NCBI GenBank assembly: GCA_943788915.1
Contig: CALSSD010000005.1
Span: 558,001-622,000 of the forward strand
Length of the DNA: 64,000 nt
DNA from: an uncultured Acidimicrobiales bacterium
Lineage (GTDB): Bacteria; Actinomycetota; Acidimicrobiia; Acidimicrobiales; UBA10347
Direction: 5' to 3'
This document shows positions 1 through 10,183 of this stretch, piece after piece. Every line of letters begins with the position of its first letter. Position 1 is the first letter of the stretch. Both the position numbers and the translations under genes were made by a program. Below the pieces are notes generated by a model, which worked only from the letters and a program-made list of their open reading frames with translations, was not told where the DNA came from and did no database searches.

Positions 1-444
1 GCAGCTGCACGGACCGATGAGGACTTCGTGATCATCGCCCGTACCGACTCTCGTGCCGAACACGGTCTCGACGAGGCCATCCGCCGGGCATCAGCCTGTG
101 CCGAGGCCGGCGCCGATGTGCTTTTCGTCGAGGCTCTCCAAGGCGAGGACGAGATCGAACGAGTCGCCGCCGAATTCAGTGGCATGCCGTTGTTGTTCAA
201 CTGGGTCGAGGGCGGCAAGACACCGCCGCTCAGCTACGACGAGATCGCATCCCTCGGCTATTCGATCATTTTGATGCCGATCATGACGCTGCTCGCCGCC
301 ACCGCTGCCATGCAACAGGCGCTTGCCCAGCTCAAGGAAGCCGGCACACCCACTCCGTTTGTGTCCGAGCTCATGAGCTTCGACGAATTCACCGACCTGA
401 TCGGCTTGCCCGAAATCAACGACCTCGAAGCCAGGTTCTCGTAA
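1..444 (+). CDS. Isocitrate lyase/PEP mutase family enzyme (methylisocitrate lyase-like), 5'-truncated by window edge
   Basis: Open frame from base 1: DFVIIARTD, GLDEAIRRA, AGADVLFVEA, PLLFNWVEGGKTP are typical ICL/PEPM C-terminal motifs. Confidence 0.85.
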   Translation, partial: AAARTDEDFVIIARTDSRAEHGLDEAIRRASACAEAGADVLFVEALQGEDEIERVAAEFSGMPLLFNWVEGGKTPPLSYDEIASLGYSIILMPIMTLLAATAAMQQALAQLKEAGTPTPFVSELMSFDEFTDLIGLPEINDLEARFS

Positions 445-470
445 CTGCTGGACTGTGGCATGGTTGGCTC

Positions 471-1415
471 ATGACCTGGTTTGGTGACGTATTTGGCTTC
501 GAAGAATCGAGCGAGAACATCGATCGTCACATCACGATCGATGGCGGCCACATGCACTCGGGCGGGAATGGCCGCACGTTCAGGAGCGGCACGCTCTCGG
601 TGCCCACGCTCGATGAGTTACGAGACGAGGCTGATGCTGTGGCAGACCAGGTGCCGGGTTCGCTGAGGATCCGCGAGGTTGTAGCCGATGCCCAGGCGCT
701 TCATATCGACCCGGCGAATGCGGGCGCGCTGTTTCAGGTCGCGTCCCAATGCAATCTGCTGGAGATGGCGTCGCCCGACGCAACCCCCGCCAACGGCATC
801 ACCATCTACGAGTACGACCACACCCAAGGACCAGCATGCGCTATCGCATGTGCCGCTGGCACCTTGCAGCGGAACTGGTTCGCCCAGTCGACAGAAGATC
901 AAGTCGACACGCTGGCCGCGGTTGGCAAGGACCTCGGCAATCGTTCAGACCACAACGGCTATGGCCACTTCTGGGAGATGCGTAATGGTTATGCGCTCTT
1001 GACCGGTGCGGTTCCCGACGATGTGCCCGAGGCCCACGACGAACTAGCGATCGGCATCCACGCCGACACCGAGGTGACGCTTGCAGGCGCCGGCCACACT
1101 GTTACCCAGGCATATTGCAGCGCGCTACCACTTGGCTACTCGTCGGTCGACACGGACCAAGTCGCGCCGCTCGCTCGCATGGTTCTCAACTCGTCGTACG
1201 AGGCAACACTCGCCGCTGGAGCGATCAACGCGGCACGCTCCGGCAACAACACCGTGTGGCTCACACTCGTTGGCGGCGGCGTCTTCCATAACCCCATCAC
1301 ATGGATCGTCGACGCCATCGAACGAGCATGCAACCTCTATGCCGACATCGACTTGGACATCGCCATCGTCAGCTACCGCAACTCGAACCCAGCACTAAGC
1401 AGACTGCTGGGCTAA
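471..1415 (+). CDS. Conserved hypothetical protein, possible macrodomain/PARG-like fold
   Basis: 314 aa ORF; motifs FQVASQCNLLEM, DHTQGPACA, TLVGGGVFHN. Confidence 0.7.
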   Translation: MTWFGDVFGFEESSENIDRHITIDGGHMHSGGNGRTFRSGTLSVPTLDELRDEADAVADQVPGSLRIREVVADAQALHIDPANAGALFQVASQCNLLEMASPDATPANGITIYEYDHTQGPACAIACAAGTLQRNWFAQSTEDQVDTLAAVGKDLGNRSDHNGYGHFWEMRNGYALLTGAVPDDVPEAHDELAIGIHADTEVTLAGAGHTVTQAYCSALPLGYSSVDTDQVAPLARMVLNSSYEATLAAGAINAARSGNNTVWLTLVGGGVFHNPITWIVDAIERACNLYADIDLDIAIVSYRNSNPALSRLLG

Positions 1416-1525
1416 GGCTTGGCGCTGTTCGTCTTTCTGGGTTTCTGGGTTTCTGACATTTCAAACATCCGCGTCTAGCTGCGTCCTGCGCCGCCTCGAT
1501 CGGCTGAACATCTATGAGCCGCAGC

Positions 1526-2227
1526 TCAGTGGCCGGGGTCGACACCCATCAGTTCGTACAGCTTGGCTGCGTTGAAGCCGGGCTGCTGGCTGGCGTTGAT
1601 CAACACGGCTTCCTTCGCTGCAATGTCAGCTGCGGCCTGGGGAACCTGGTCAGCAACCTCGATAGGAATCACGACCGCTCCGTGCTGGTCAGCATGGATC
1701 AAGTCGCCAGGTTCGACATGCATGCCGAGCACCTCGACCGGCACGTTGTACTCCTCGACCCGGACCCAGGCATGCGACGGGCCGGGCATGCCGGCCAACA
1801 GTTGGAAACCTTCGGCCGAGTCGGGAAGATCACGGATGCTGCCATTGGTGATTACACCGAGCGAACCCAGGCCCTTGTGGATGTTGGTGTTGACCTCGCC
1901 CCACCATGCGCCGTAGCCCGGGATCTCGTCGATGTCCTCGATCACGGTGATGGTCGGGCCGGGGCCCTCGCCGATGTGTTCGTAGTACGCCAGCCGGATG
2001 CGGGTCGAAGCATCAGCGTCGGCCGTGGGTGGCGTCTGGGCTCGGATCTTGCCGGTGCGGGCATACCCAACAATTGGTTCGAGATGTGGCCGAGGGGCAA
2101 AAAACGGCGAGATCGTATAGCCGTAACCTCGACGTTCAGGGGCAACGACCTCGAGCGCATTACAGACCGTTGGTGTGTCAAGCGCTCGAAGCGCCGCCAG
2201 AACTTCGTCGGAAACTGGACCACTCAT
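1526..2227 (-). CDS. RraA family protein (HMG/CHA aldolase-like)
   Basis: LDTPTVCNALE, AWWGEVNT, ITNGSIRD, VEPGDLIHADQHGAVVIP; ATG overlaps upstream stop (ATGA). Confidence 0.85.
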   Translation of the reverse strand: MSGPVSDEVLAALRALDTPTVCNALEVVAPERRGYGYTISPFFAPRPHLEPIVGYARTGKIRAQTPPTADADASTRIRLAYYEHIGEGPGPTITVIEDIDEIPGYGAWWGEVNTNIHKGLGSLGVITNGSIRDLPDSAEGFQLLAGMPGPSHAWVRVEEYNVPVEVLGMHVEPGDLIHADQHGAVVIPIEVADQVPQAAADIAAKEAVLINASQQPGFNAAKLYELMGVDPGH

Positions 2228-3889
2228 GTTGCACTCCCTGCTGGCTGGAGAACGCCGCCTAAGACGGTGCCCCAAACTTCGATGTCCTTTAACGTCACCG
2301 GGTCCACCTCGAGTGGATCCGCTTCGAGCACCGCGAAGTCGGCCAGTTTGCCTGCTTCGATGCTGCCCATCTCATGGTCAAGCTTGAGCTGATACGCAGC
2401 GTCGAGCGTGATCGCCTTCATGGCATCCATTACTGAGATTCGTTCGTCTGGACCCAACACCTCACCAGTCGAGGTAAGGCGATTCACTGCGCACCATGCA
2501 ACATGGAGGTGCCCCAGCGGCGTGACTGGCGTATCGCTGTGGATCGAGAAACTGACACCCTCGCGCAACGCGGTCGCACATGCATCCATGCCGGCAGCCC
2601 GCTCAGGACCAACCGTGGAGTCGCGGTGCTGATCACCCCAGTAGTAGATGTGATTGCTGAAGATATTGGCGCACATACCCATGGCAGCCATGCGCTTGTA
2701 TTGCGCCTTCGTCGTGAGCTGGCTGTGCTGAACGGTGTGGCGATGGTCCCAACGAGGATGACGCTCAAGCGCTGCTTCGACAGCGTCGATGAAGACCTCG
2801 GCTGCCTGGTCACCGTTGCAGTGACAGTGCACGGTGATGCCAGCAGCATGGTGGTCGCTGACGATGTCGGCCAACTGCTCGGGTGCCATCAACCACAGAC
2901 CGTTGCCGGGGTGACCCTCGGGAGCGTCGTAATAGTGGGGCCAGCTCACACGAGCGGTGAAGCCCTGGATCGAACCATCGAGCACCAGCTTGATGATCCC
3001 GAACTTGAGCTTGTCGGTGGTCTGAGCCTTCAGATCATTGACAATACGAGACAGGTCAGCAGGCTCCTGGGGTCCGCCGAACATCGGCGACCCTGCCACC
3101 ATGATGCGAGCGGGATACGCAGGATCATCGGTCACCTCGCGCCAGGCATCGAGCGAGTCGGCATCGTTGACTCGGGTTGTGCCGAGATCGGTGAGCAACG
3201 TGTGGCCAGCATTACGAGCTTCGTAGGCGTAGTTCCACTTGGCCTCGTTAGACATGATGGCCATGGCGATCTCGGTCATACCGGACCGAGCCAACGTCAT
3301 TGCCGCTGGCTCTTGCAGCTCACCATTTGGTGTGCCATCGGCGTTGCGAGCAATACCTGGCGTGGTTGAGTGTTCATTGATCTCGGAGAAGTCGAGCATT
3401 GCGGTGTTCACCGTGGCCAGGTGGGCACTTGCGTGGTACACGTAGATCGGGCGGGTAAGGCTCACCCGGTCCAGGTGCTCGGCCAACAGTCTGTCATCGG
3501 GGAAGTAGATCGGATCGAGACCCCACGCGATCAGCGGGCTCGAGGCATCTTCGAGCTGGCTCTCGTGCTCGGCCAGACGATCGAGCACCGCGTCGACGCT
3601 CGTACACCCTGTCCACAGGTTGCCTTGCGGGTCCTTGCGGTCGAAGAAACCGACATACGGGAACTGCCACACGCCACCGGACATGACATGGGTATGTGCT
3701 TCGATGAATCCTGGCGTGAGTACCTTGTCGGCGAACGTGTTGTCCACCGTGTGCTCGCCCCAAGCCGCGAGTTCTTCGCACCGTGCCAACAGCCAGCACC
3801 CGTCCGTCTCGCACCGCCACCGCTTCGGCGAACGGAATGGCGGGGTTCATCGTGATGATGCGTCGTGCCGGATAGATCGTGGTTGTCAT
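2224..3889 (-). CDS. Amidohydrolase 3 (YtcJ/NfdA-like), with +1 frameshift near 3779
   Basis: N-terminus MTTTIYPARRIITMN..RDGRVLAVGTV is in one frame, EELAAWGEH..PGFIEAHTH..HCNGD..HSDTP..GSIEAGKLADF in another; colinear with the paralog at 4026. Confidence 0.85.
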
Positions 3890-4025
3890 GGGGCCTCGTT
3901 GACGTCGGAGATGCGAAGTGACCATACGACTTCGCAACATCGACGACTGTCTCTCGATGTCTGAACTGATTGTGTCATCTGGGCGCACTTAAGAACGAAG
4001 CCGGTTGAACAACTAGGTTCGCCAG

Positions 4026-5702
4026 ATGGACAATGCGACTGTTATCTACCCAGCCCGGCGGGTCATCACCATGAACCCGGCTGTACCTACGACGTCGGCA
4101 GTCGCTGTTCGCGATGGTCGGGTTCTCGGAGTGGGCACCGTCGAGGAGTTAGCTGCGTGGGGTGAACACACCGTGAACGACATGTTCGCGGACAAGGTCA
4201 TCATGCCCGGTTTCGTGGAGAGCCATTGCCACGCAATGTCGGGCGGCATGTGGGAGTACCCCTACGTTGGCTTCTTTGACCGCCGCGCATCCGATGGCCG
4301 GCTGTGGCAGGGCTGCAAGAACATCGACGAGGTCGTCGCTCGGGTCGCCGACATCGATGCCGAGATGCGAGCCGCGGGCGCAGCCGAGACCGACGTGCTC
4401 ATCGCCTGGGGTGTCGACCCGTTGTACTTCGACGGCGAACGGCTCGACCGCCACCATCTCGATCGGGCCAGCACTACCCGACCGATCTATCTGAATCATG
4501 CCAGCGGCCACCTGGCGACCGTCAACACCCACATGCTCGAGATCAACGACATCACCGAACACACACCGACCCCGGGCGTGGCGCTTGGACCAGACGGCAA
4601 ACCAAACGGCGAGCTCCAAGAACCAGCGGCCATGGGCCTCCCCGAGGGCGTGCGCGATCAACTCCGCACCGCAATGAGTAGCACCACGTCGTTGTGGAAC
4701 TTTGCCTACGAAGCCCGCAACTGCGGCGTCACTATGGTGACCGACCTCGGCGGACGGGGCCTCGACGACGAACGGGTTGCCATGTGGGACGAGGTCACCG
4801 CCGACGCCTCGTTCCCGGTACGGGCCATGCTGGCGGCGTCACCGTCGTACACCGGTTTTGCTGACCACAACGAGGTGGCAGAGATCGTGGCGGCCAAGGC
4901 CAAAGAGTCAACCGACATGCTGCACTACGGCGTGATCAAGATCATGCTCGACGGCTCGATCCAAGGTTTCACCGCCCGCGTCGACTGGCCGTACTACTAC
5001 AACCCTCCGGCCGATGCCGCGGTGAACGGCATCTGGGTCATGGCACCCGATCAGATCGCCGACATCGTCCTCGCGTATCACCGCCTTGGCCTGACTGTGC
5101 ACAGTCACTGCAACGGCAACCAGGCCACCCAGGTCTTCCTCGATGCTGTGGAATCCGCGCTCGAAGCACACCCACGGTGGGACCATCGCCACACGGTCCA
5201 GCACTGCCAGATGACCACCAAGGCCCAGTACCGCAAGATGAAGGCACTAGGTATGTGCGCCAACATCTTCAGCAACCACATCTGGTACTGGGGTGACCAG
5301 CACCGAGACTTCACCCAGGGCCCCGAGCGTGCTCGCAGCATGGACGCATGCGCGACAGCGCTACGCGAGGGCATCTCGTTCTCGATCCATTCCGACTCGC
5401 CGGTAACCCCCATGGGCCATCTCCATACCGCATGGTGTGCCGTGAACCGCATCACACCATCGGGCGACGTGTTGGGCGAGCACGAGTGCATCCCAGTGCA
5501 CGACGCGCTACACGCCATCACGCTCGGCGGCGCCCATCAGATCAAGATGGACCATCTCGTCGGCAGCATCGAGGCCGGCAAGTTCGCCGACTTCGCCATC
5601 CTGGACCAGGACCCCTACGAAGTTGATCCGATCGCACTCAAGGACATCGGTGTCTGGGGAACCGTCGTTGGTGGTGTCCCCCACCAATCCACCGCCCAGT
5701 AA
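4026..5702 (+). CDS. Amidohydrolase 3 (YtcJ/NfdA-like)
   Basis: PGFVESHCH, KIMLDGSIQG, HCNGN, HSDSPV, GSIEAGKFADF. Confidence 0.9.
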   Translation: MDNATVIYPARRVITMNPAVPTTSAVAVRDGRVLGVGTVEELAAWGEHTVNDMFADKVIMPGFVESHCHAMSGGMWEYPYVGFFDRRASDGRLWQGCKNIDEVVARVADIDAEMRAAGAAETDVLIAWGVDPLYFDGERLDRHHLDRASTTRPIYLNHASGHLATVNTHMLEINDITEHTPTPGVALGPDGKPNGELQEPAAMGLPEGVRDQLRTAMSSTTSLWNFAYEARNCGVTMVTDLGGRGLDDERVAMWDEVTADASFPVRAMLAASPSYTGFADHNEVAEIVAAKAKESTDMLHYGVIKIMLDGSIQGFTARVDWPYYYNPPADAAVNGIWVMAPDQIADIVLAYHRLGLTVHSHCNGNQATQVFLDAVESALEAHPRWDHRHTVQHCQMTTKAQYRKMKALGMCANIFSNHIWYWGDQHRDFTQGPERARSMDACATALREGISFSIHSDSPVTPMGHLHTAWCAVNRITPSGDVLGEHECIPVHDALHAITLGGAHQIKMDHLVGSIEAGKFADFAILDQDPYEVDPIALKDIGVWGTVVGGVPHQSTAQ

Positions 5703-5786
5703 CAGCGCGGGATCCTCGCGTCCCGCCGCTCGCAATCCTGCAGCACCAGGCCAAGGCGCAGTCGCAGTCGCATGAAACACTGCGGT

Positions 5787-5912
5787 ATGACCGACCCCGC
5801 TCCGCTGGCCATGACCCCTGGTATCGACTGGCCAATCTTCCCGTTCGGAGGCGACATGCGGGTGCGTAACGGTGAACAGGTCGCCGCCTGGCTCGAAACT
5901 GCAGCTGGCTAG
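5787..5912 (+). pseudogene. 41-aa mini-ORF, probable internally deleted gene remnant
   Basis: MTDPAPLAMTPGIDWPIFPFGGDMRVRNGEQVAAWLETAAG*, coding-like, followed by a hairpin. Confidence 0.35.
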
Positions 5913-5913
5913 T

Positions 5914-5942
5914 AACGAATCCGTGCCTGGCACCGATTCGTT
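5914..5942. terminator. Stem-loop, putative terminator
   Basis: AACGAATC-C-GTGCC-T-GGCAC-C-GATTCGTT inverted repeat. Confidence 0.5.
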
Positions 5943-5947
5943 GCTGA

Positions 5948-6562
5948 TTGACTGAGCACGTGACTTCACAGAACAAGTGGCTGGCTCGCATCGAAGAAAA
6001 CCCGGATCACTCCTCGTGGTACATCGAACGATTTCGCACCATGGCAGCCGAAGGTCGAGACCTGGCCGGCGAAGCGCGCTTCATCGACGCGATGGCAAGT
6101 CGCGGATCCCACATCCTCGATGCGGGTTGCGGTCCAGGCCGAGTCGGCTCACTACTCGCCTACGCTGGCCACACTGTTGTCGGTGTTGATATTGACCCGG
6201 CCCTAATCGACGCAGCCCGAGCCGACCATCCCGGTCCGGCGTGGTTCGCTGGCGACCTAGCCGAACTTGACCTCAGCCAGCACGGCATCAACGACCCGTT
6301 TGATCTGATCGTCTGTGCCGGCAATGTCATGACGTTCCTGGCCGACGACACCCACGTGGCCGTGTTCGAACGAATGGCCGCGCATCTTGCACCGGAAGGT
6401 CGAGTTGCGATCGGTTTCGGCGCCAACCGCGGTTATGAATTCGACGAGTTCCGGGCCGATGTCGCCACTGCCGGGCTCAGAGTCGAGCTAGAACTCAGCA
6501 CGTGGGATGTGCGCCCACTCCAAGCGGACTCAGACTTCCTGGTTGCGATCCTGACCCACTGA
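5948..6562 (+). CDS. Class I SAM-dependent methyltransferase
   Basis: ILDAGCGPGR motif I, VVGVDID, FDLIVCAGNVM; the start may be GTG at 5960. Confidence 0.85.
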   Translation: MTEHVTSQNKWLARIEENPDHSSWYIERFRTMAAEGRDLAGEARFIDAMASRGSHILDAGCGPGRVGSLLAYAGHTVVGVDIDPALIDAARADHPGPAWFAGDLAELDLSQHGINDPFDLIVCAGNVMTFLADDTHVAVFERMAAHLAPEGRVAIGFGANRGYEFDEFRADVATAGLRVELELSTWDVRPLQADSDFLVAILTH

Positions 6563-7519
6563 CAGCATCTCGCCGAGCGCAGCATCTGATGTCGCGCCGT
6601 GGAAGCCGATAACAACGAGTCGGCTGCCAGGGGCGCTTGGCTGCTGGAAGCGGCGCAGCGTCCATCGCTTACCCACCCGTTGCAGCACCACCGGCTGTGC
6701 CGGATCTTCCGTCAGATACATCACTCCCTTAGCCCGTACGACCTCGTCAGGTAGTGCGTCCATCGCTGCGTCAACCGCAGCCCGTTCGACGGGTTCGTCA
6801 CTCGTCCACGTCCACGACTCAAACAGGCTTTCGGCGTGCTGATGATCCTCGGCACCGTGATCATGCTCGACGACCGGCTGAGGCGTGACCACCCCAAACA
6901 ACAGGGCAGGAGCAACCACTGCATTCGCTGCTTCGACGATGACTGCCTTGGGCGCGAGCTCAGCAAGCCATTCCCGAGTCGCTGCCGCAGACTCGACCCC
7001 AACAAGGTCGGTTTTGTTCAGGACCAGGATGTCCCCGGACCCCAGCTGGCCAATCACCGTGTCGCCCACGTACACGTCGGTCGACTTCTTACGGATCGTC
7101 TCGGCATCGACCACTACGACCGTCGCATCGAGCGTGAGCCCAGGGCCATGCCCATACGCCGCAACCGTTGCCGGGTCAGCGACGCCACTTGATTCGATCA
7201 CTAGCCGTTCCGGTATGGGGTCAAGCGCGGTGATCGTTGCCAGCGCAGCCGAGAAACCGTCGACCAGGCTGCAACAGATGCAGCCGTTCGCCAACGAAAT
7301 CGTGTCGCCGTCCTGGCTCGCAATCAACTCTTCGTCGATATTGATATCGCCGAAGTCGTTCACCAGCACCGCAATGCGCTCATCAGCGGTCCGCAGGATG
7401 TGGTTGACCAGCGTGGTCTTACCCGCACCCAGATACCCACCGATGACGGTCACCGCAATGTCTGGTTGCACGCTGTCTGGTTGCACGCTGTCTGATTGCA
7501 CGCTGTCTGGGTCACTCAT
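6530..7519 (-). CDS. CobW/COG0523 family G3E GTPase (metallochaperone)
   Basis: GYLGAGKT Walker A, GCICC metal motif, IESSG, NKTD, CobW_C RAKG. Confidence 0.9.
   Translation of the reverse strand: MSDPDSVQSDSVQPDSVQPDIAVTVIGGYLGAGKTTLVNHILRTADERIAVLVNDFGDINIDEELIASQDGDTISLANGCICCSLVDGFSAALATITALDPIPERLVIESSGVADPATVAAYGHGPGLTLDATVVVVDAETIRKKSTDVYVGDTVIGQLGSGDILVLNKTDLVGVESAAATREWLAELAPKAVIVEAANAVVAPALLFGVVTPQPVVEHDHGAEDHQHAESLFESWTWTSDEPVERAAVDAAMDALPDEVVRAKGVMYLTEDPAQPVVLQRVGKRWTLRRFQQPSAPGSRLVVIGFHGATSDAALGEMLSVGQDRNQEV
7461..7510. repeat. 15-bp in-frame tandem repeat (~3.3 units) encoding (P/S)DSVQ
   Basis: tctggttgcacgctg x2, tctgattgcacgctg, tctgg. Confidence 0.85.
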
Positions 7520-7536
7520 TGCCGACAGTGTGGCAG

Positions 7537-8436
7537 TTACTCGGCGGCGACCATGTGCCCGGGTGACACCTGGCGCATGACAACACGATCAGGCGACGCA
7601 CCCGCCAGCCACACCGGACTGGGGATTTCACCGGTGATCAAGGGACGCTCACGACGCTTGCGAGGGTCGGCAATTGGCACGGCATCAAGCAGACGTTTCG
7701 TGTACGAGTGCTGAGCGTTTTCGAAAATCGCCGACCGGCTCCCGATCTCAACGATCTGACCTAGGTACATGACGGCTACTCGGTGGCTCACCCGTTCGAC
7801 GACCGCGAGGTCATGACTAATGAACAGGTAACTGAGGCCCATCTCTTCTTGGAGTTCCATCATCAGGTTGATGACCTGCGCCTGAATCGACACGTCGAGC
7901 GCCGAAACTGACTCGTCGGCGATAACCAGCTCTGGTTCGAGTGTGAGCGCCCGAGCGATGCAAACACGCTGGCGCTGACCACCCGAGAACTGATGTGGGT
8001 ACTGGCGCATCATGTCGGCTTCGAGCCCAACCCGCACGAATAACTTTGCGACTCGTTCATCGAGTTCGTCGCCTTTGCAGACCTTATGCACTCGCAACGG
8101 TTTGGCTACCGCATCGCCCACTGTCTGTCGCGGGTCCAGGCTGGCAAACGGGTCTTGGAAGATGATCTGCATCTTGCGGCGATGTTCACGCATGGCACGC
8201 GAGCCCAAGGTGGTGATGTCGACCCCATCAAGTGTGATCCGACCCCCTGATGGTTCGAGCAGACGAATCATCAGGTGAGCCAAGGTCGATTTGCCACAAC
8301 CGCTCTCACCTACCACCGCAAGCGTCTCACCTCGATCGACATGCAGACTCACGTGCTCCACGGCATGTACATGGGCCCCGCCACCGACAGGGAACTTCTT
8401 GCTCAAGTCCTCGACCTGGACCAACGGGCCGCTCAT
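7537..8436 (-). CDS. Peptide/nickel-type ABC transporter ATP-binding protein (OppF/DppF-like)
   Basis: [28 protein letters not shown]. Confidence 0.92.
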   Translation of the reverse strand: MSGPLVQVEDLSKKFPVGGGAHVHAVEHVSLHVDRGETLAVVGESGCGKSTLAHLMIRLLEPSGGRITLDGVDITTLGSRAMREHRRKMQIIFQDPFASLDPRQTVGDAVAKPLRVHKVCKGDELDERVAKLFVRVGLEADMMRQYPHQFSGGQRQRVCIARALTLEPELVIADESVSALDVSIQAQVINLMMELQEEMGLSYLFISHDLAVVERVSHRVAVMYLGQIVEIGSRSAIFENAQHSYTKRLLDAVPIADPRKRRERPLITGEIPSPVWLAGASPDRVVMRQVSPGHMVAAE

Positions 8437-9305
8437 GCGTCTCCCTCGACAAGATCAAACGGTGCCGGCTCACTGCGACCGGTCATTGATCCCAGACGTG
8501 GCACCGCTGCCAGCAATGCCCGGGTATACGGTTCGCGCGGGTTTTCGAAGATGTCGTAAACCGAACCGGTCTCGACCACCTTGGCCTGATTCATCACCAC
8601 AACATCGTCGGCGACCTCGGCGACCACCCCCATATCGTGGGTGATAATCATGACCGCAGCACCTGTTGTCTCCCGCAGGTCACGCATGAGGCCCAGGATC
8701 TGAGCCTGGATCGTGACGTCGAGGGCAGTCGTTGGTTCGTCGGCAATCAAAATGGTGGGGTCACAGGACAGCGCCATTGCGATCATGACCCGCTGGCGCA
8801 TCCCACCAGACATCTCGTGAGGAAACTGCTCGAGCCTCTGATCCGGATCAGGGATTCGGACCAGCTGGAACATCTCGAGTGCCCGCTCATTCGCTGCTTC
8901 CTTATCCATCCCTTGATGCAACATGACGGCCTCGGCCACCTGATTACCCACGGTGTACACCGGATTCAAGCTGGTGAGCGGCTCCTGGAAGATCATCGAG
9001 ATCTGATTGCCGCGGATCTCGCGCATCTCATCTTCGGACAACTGCACCAGGTCAACAACGGACCCATCGGGCTGGCGGAACAGAATTTCGCCGCCCTCGA
9101 TGCGGCCACGGGTGCCGAGTTCGACCAGCCGCATAATCGAAAGTGCCGTGACTGACTTGCCGGATCCTGATTCGCCTACAACGGCCAGCGTTTGGCCCTC
9201 GTGTAGGTCATAGGAGATGCCATCAACGGCAGTGAATGAACCAAAGGTGACGGTCAGATCACGAATGCTCAGCAGCGGTGTGTCTGTGACGTTGTCCTGC
9301 ACCAT
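8433..9305 (-). CDS. Peptide/nickel-type ABC transporter ATP-binding protein (OppD/DppD-like)
   Basis: [26 protein letters not shown]; start overlaps upstream stop (TGATG). Confidence 0.92.
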   Translation of the reverse strand: MVQDNVTDTPLLSIRDLTVTFGSFTAVDGISYDLHEGQTLAVVGESGSGKSVTALSIMRLVELGTRGRIEGGEILFRQPDGSVVDLVQLSEDEMREIRGNQISMIFQEPLTSLNPVYTVGNQVAEAVMLHQGMDKEAANERALEMFQLVRIPDPDQRLEQFPHEMSGGMRQRVMIAMALSCDPTILIADEPTTALDVTIQAQILGLMRDLRETTGAAVMIITHDMGVVAEVADDVVVMNQAKVVETGSVYDIFENPREPYTRALLAAVPRLGSMTGRSEPAPFDLVEGDA

Positions 9306-10183
9306 CACCGGCCACGTAGTTTCGGATTGTAGGCGTCTTGCAGACCGTCGCCGATCAGGCTGAAGCTCAGCACGGTGAGGAAAATTGCAAGGCCGGGAAA
9401 CGTGATGGTCCACCATGACGTCAGAAACGTCGGTCGATTCAGGCCGATCATCAAACCCCAGCTGAGCTGGTTGGGATCGCCCAGGCCAAGGAAGGCCAGA
9501 TAGGCCTCGAAGAGAATGGCCGAACCCATAACCAGCGTGGTGGCCACGATGAGCGGCGGAAGAGCGTTGGGGAGAATGACCCTAAACATGATGTGCGCGT
9601 CGGTCGCACCGATCGCTCGTGCCGCCTTGACGAACTCAAGGTTCTTCAACCGCAAAAACTCGGCTCTCGTCAACCGGGCCAACTGGGGCCATAACACGAT
9701 GCCGATGGCTATCGAGATCGTTGTCGGTGTCGGATTAAACAATGCAACCACAACCATCGAGAACAACAACGCAGGTAGTACCTGGAAGATCTCGGTGAAC
9801 CGCATGAGCAGATTGTCGATCCATCCGCCGTAGAAACCAGCGATCGCACCGATGGTCACACCGATAAACGCAATAAGTACTGCGGACACTGCCGCCACTC
9901 GGAGTGTGGTGCTGCCCCCATTGATAACGCCAGCGAGCACATCACGACCGAGATAGTCGGTGCCAAGCAGCGGTATGTCCTCGGTGCCAGGCCCCTTCAA
10001 TGGCCGAGCCACGATGCGGGTTGGGTCCTGGTCATACAAGATCGGGCCCAGGTAGGTCATCAAGATGACAAAGACAAGAATGATCAGACCAGCTACTGCG
10101 GCCTTGTTTCGATAGAACATGCGCCAGGCTTCGCGGCTCGGCGGTGCCGCACTGTCAGGAGTGTCAATCATCAGTTCGGTCAT
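9305..10183 (-). CDS. ABC transporter permease (OppC/DppC-like)
   Basis: [21 protein letters not shown] (EAA loop), ILPNALPP. Confidence 0.92.
   Translation of the reverse strand: MTELMIDTPDSAAPPSREAWRMFYRNKAAVAGLIILVFVILMTYLGPILYDQDPTRIVARPLKGPGTEDIPLLGTDYLGRDVLAGVINGGSTTLRVAAVSAVLIAFIGVTIGAIAGFYGGWIDNLLMRFTEIFQVLPALLFSMVVVALFNPTPTTISIAIGIVLWPQLARLTRAEFLRLKNLEFVKAARAIGATDAHIMFRVILPNALPPLIVATTLVMGSAILFEAYLAFLGLGDPNQLSWGLMIGLNRPTFLTSWWTITFPGLAIFLTVLSFSLIGDGLQDAYNPKLRGR

Noticed and set aside
2503..3369. Long antisense/shadow ORFs (also 1514-2392, 25093-25785, 35289-36227, 51115-51948)
   Set aside because: They overlap well-supported genes, have no recognisable motifs, and are expected in high-GC DNA
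6530..7519. True cobalamin-biosynthesis cobW
   Set aside because: About 48 kb from the B12 operon, no cobN nearby, and linked to a peptide-type ABC operon; only family-level assignment is supportable
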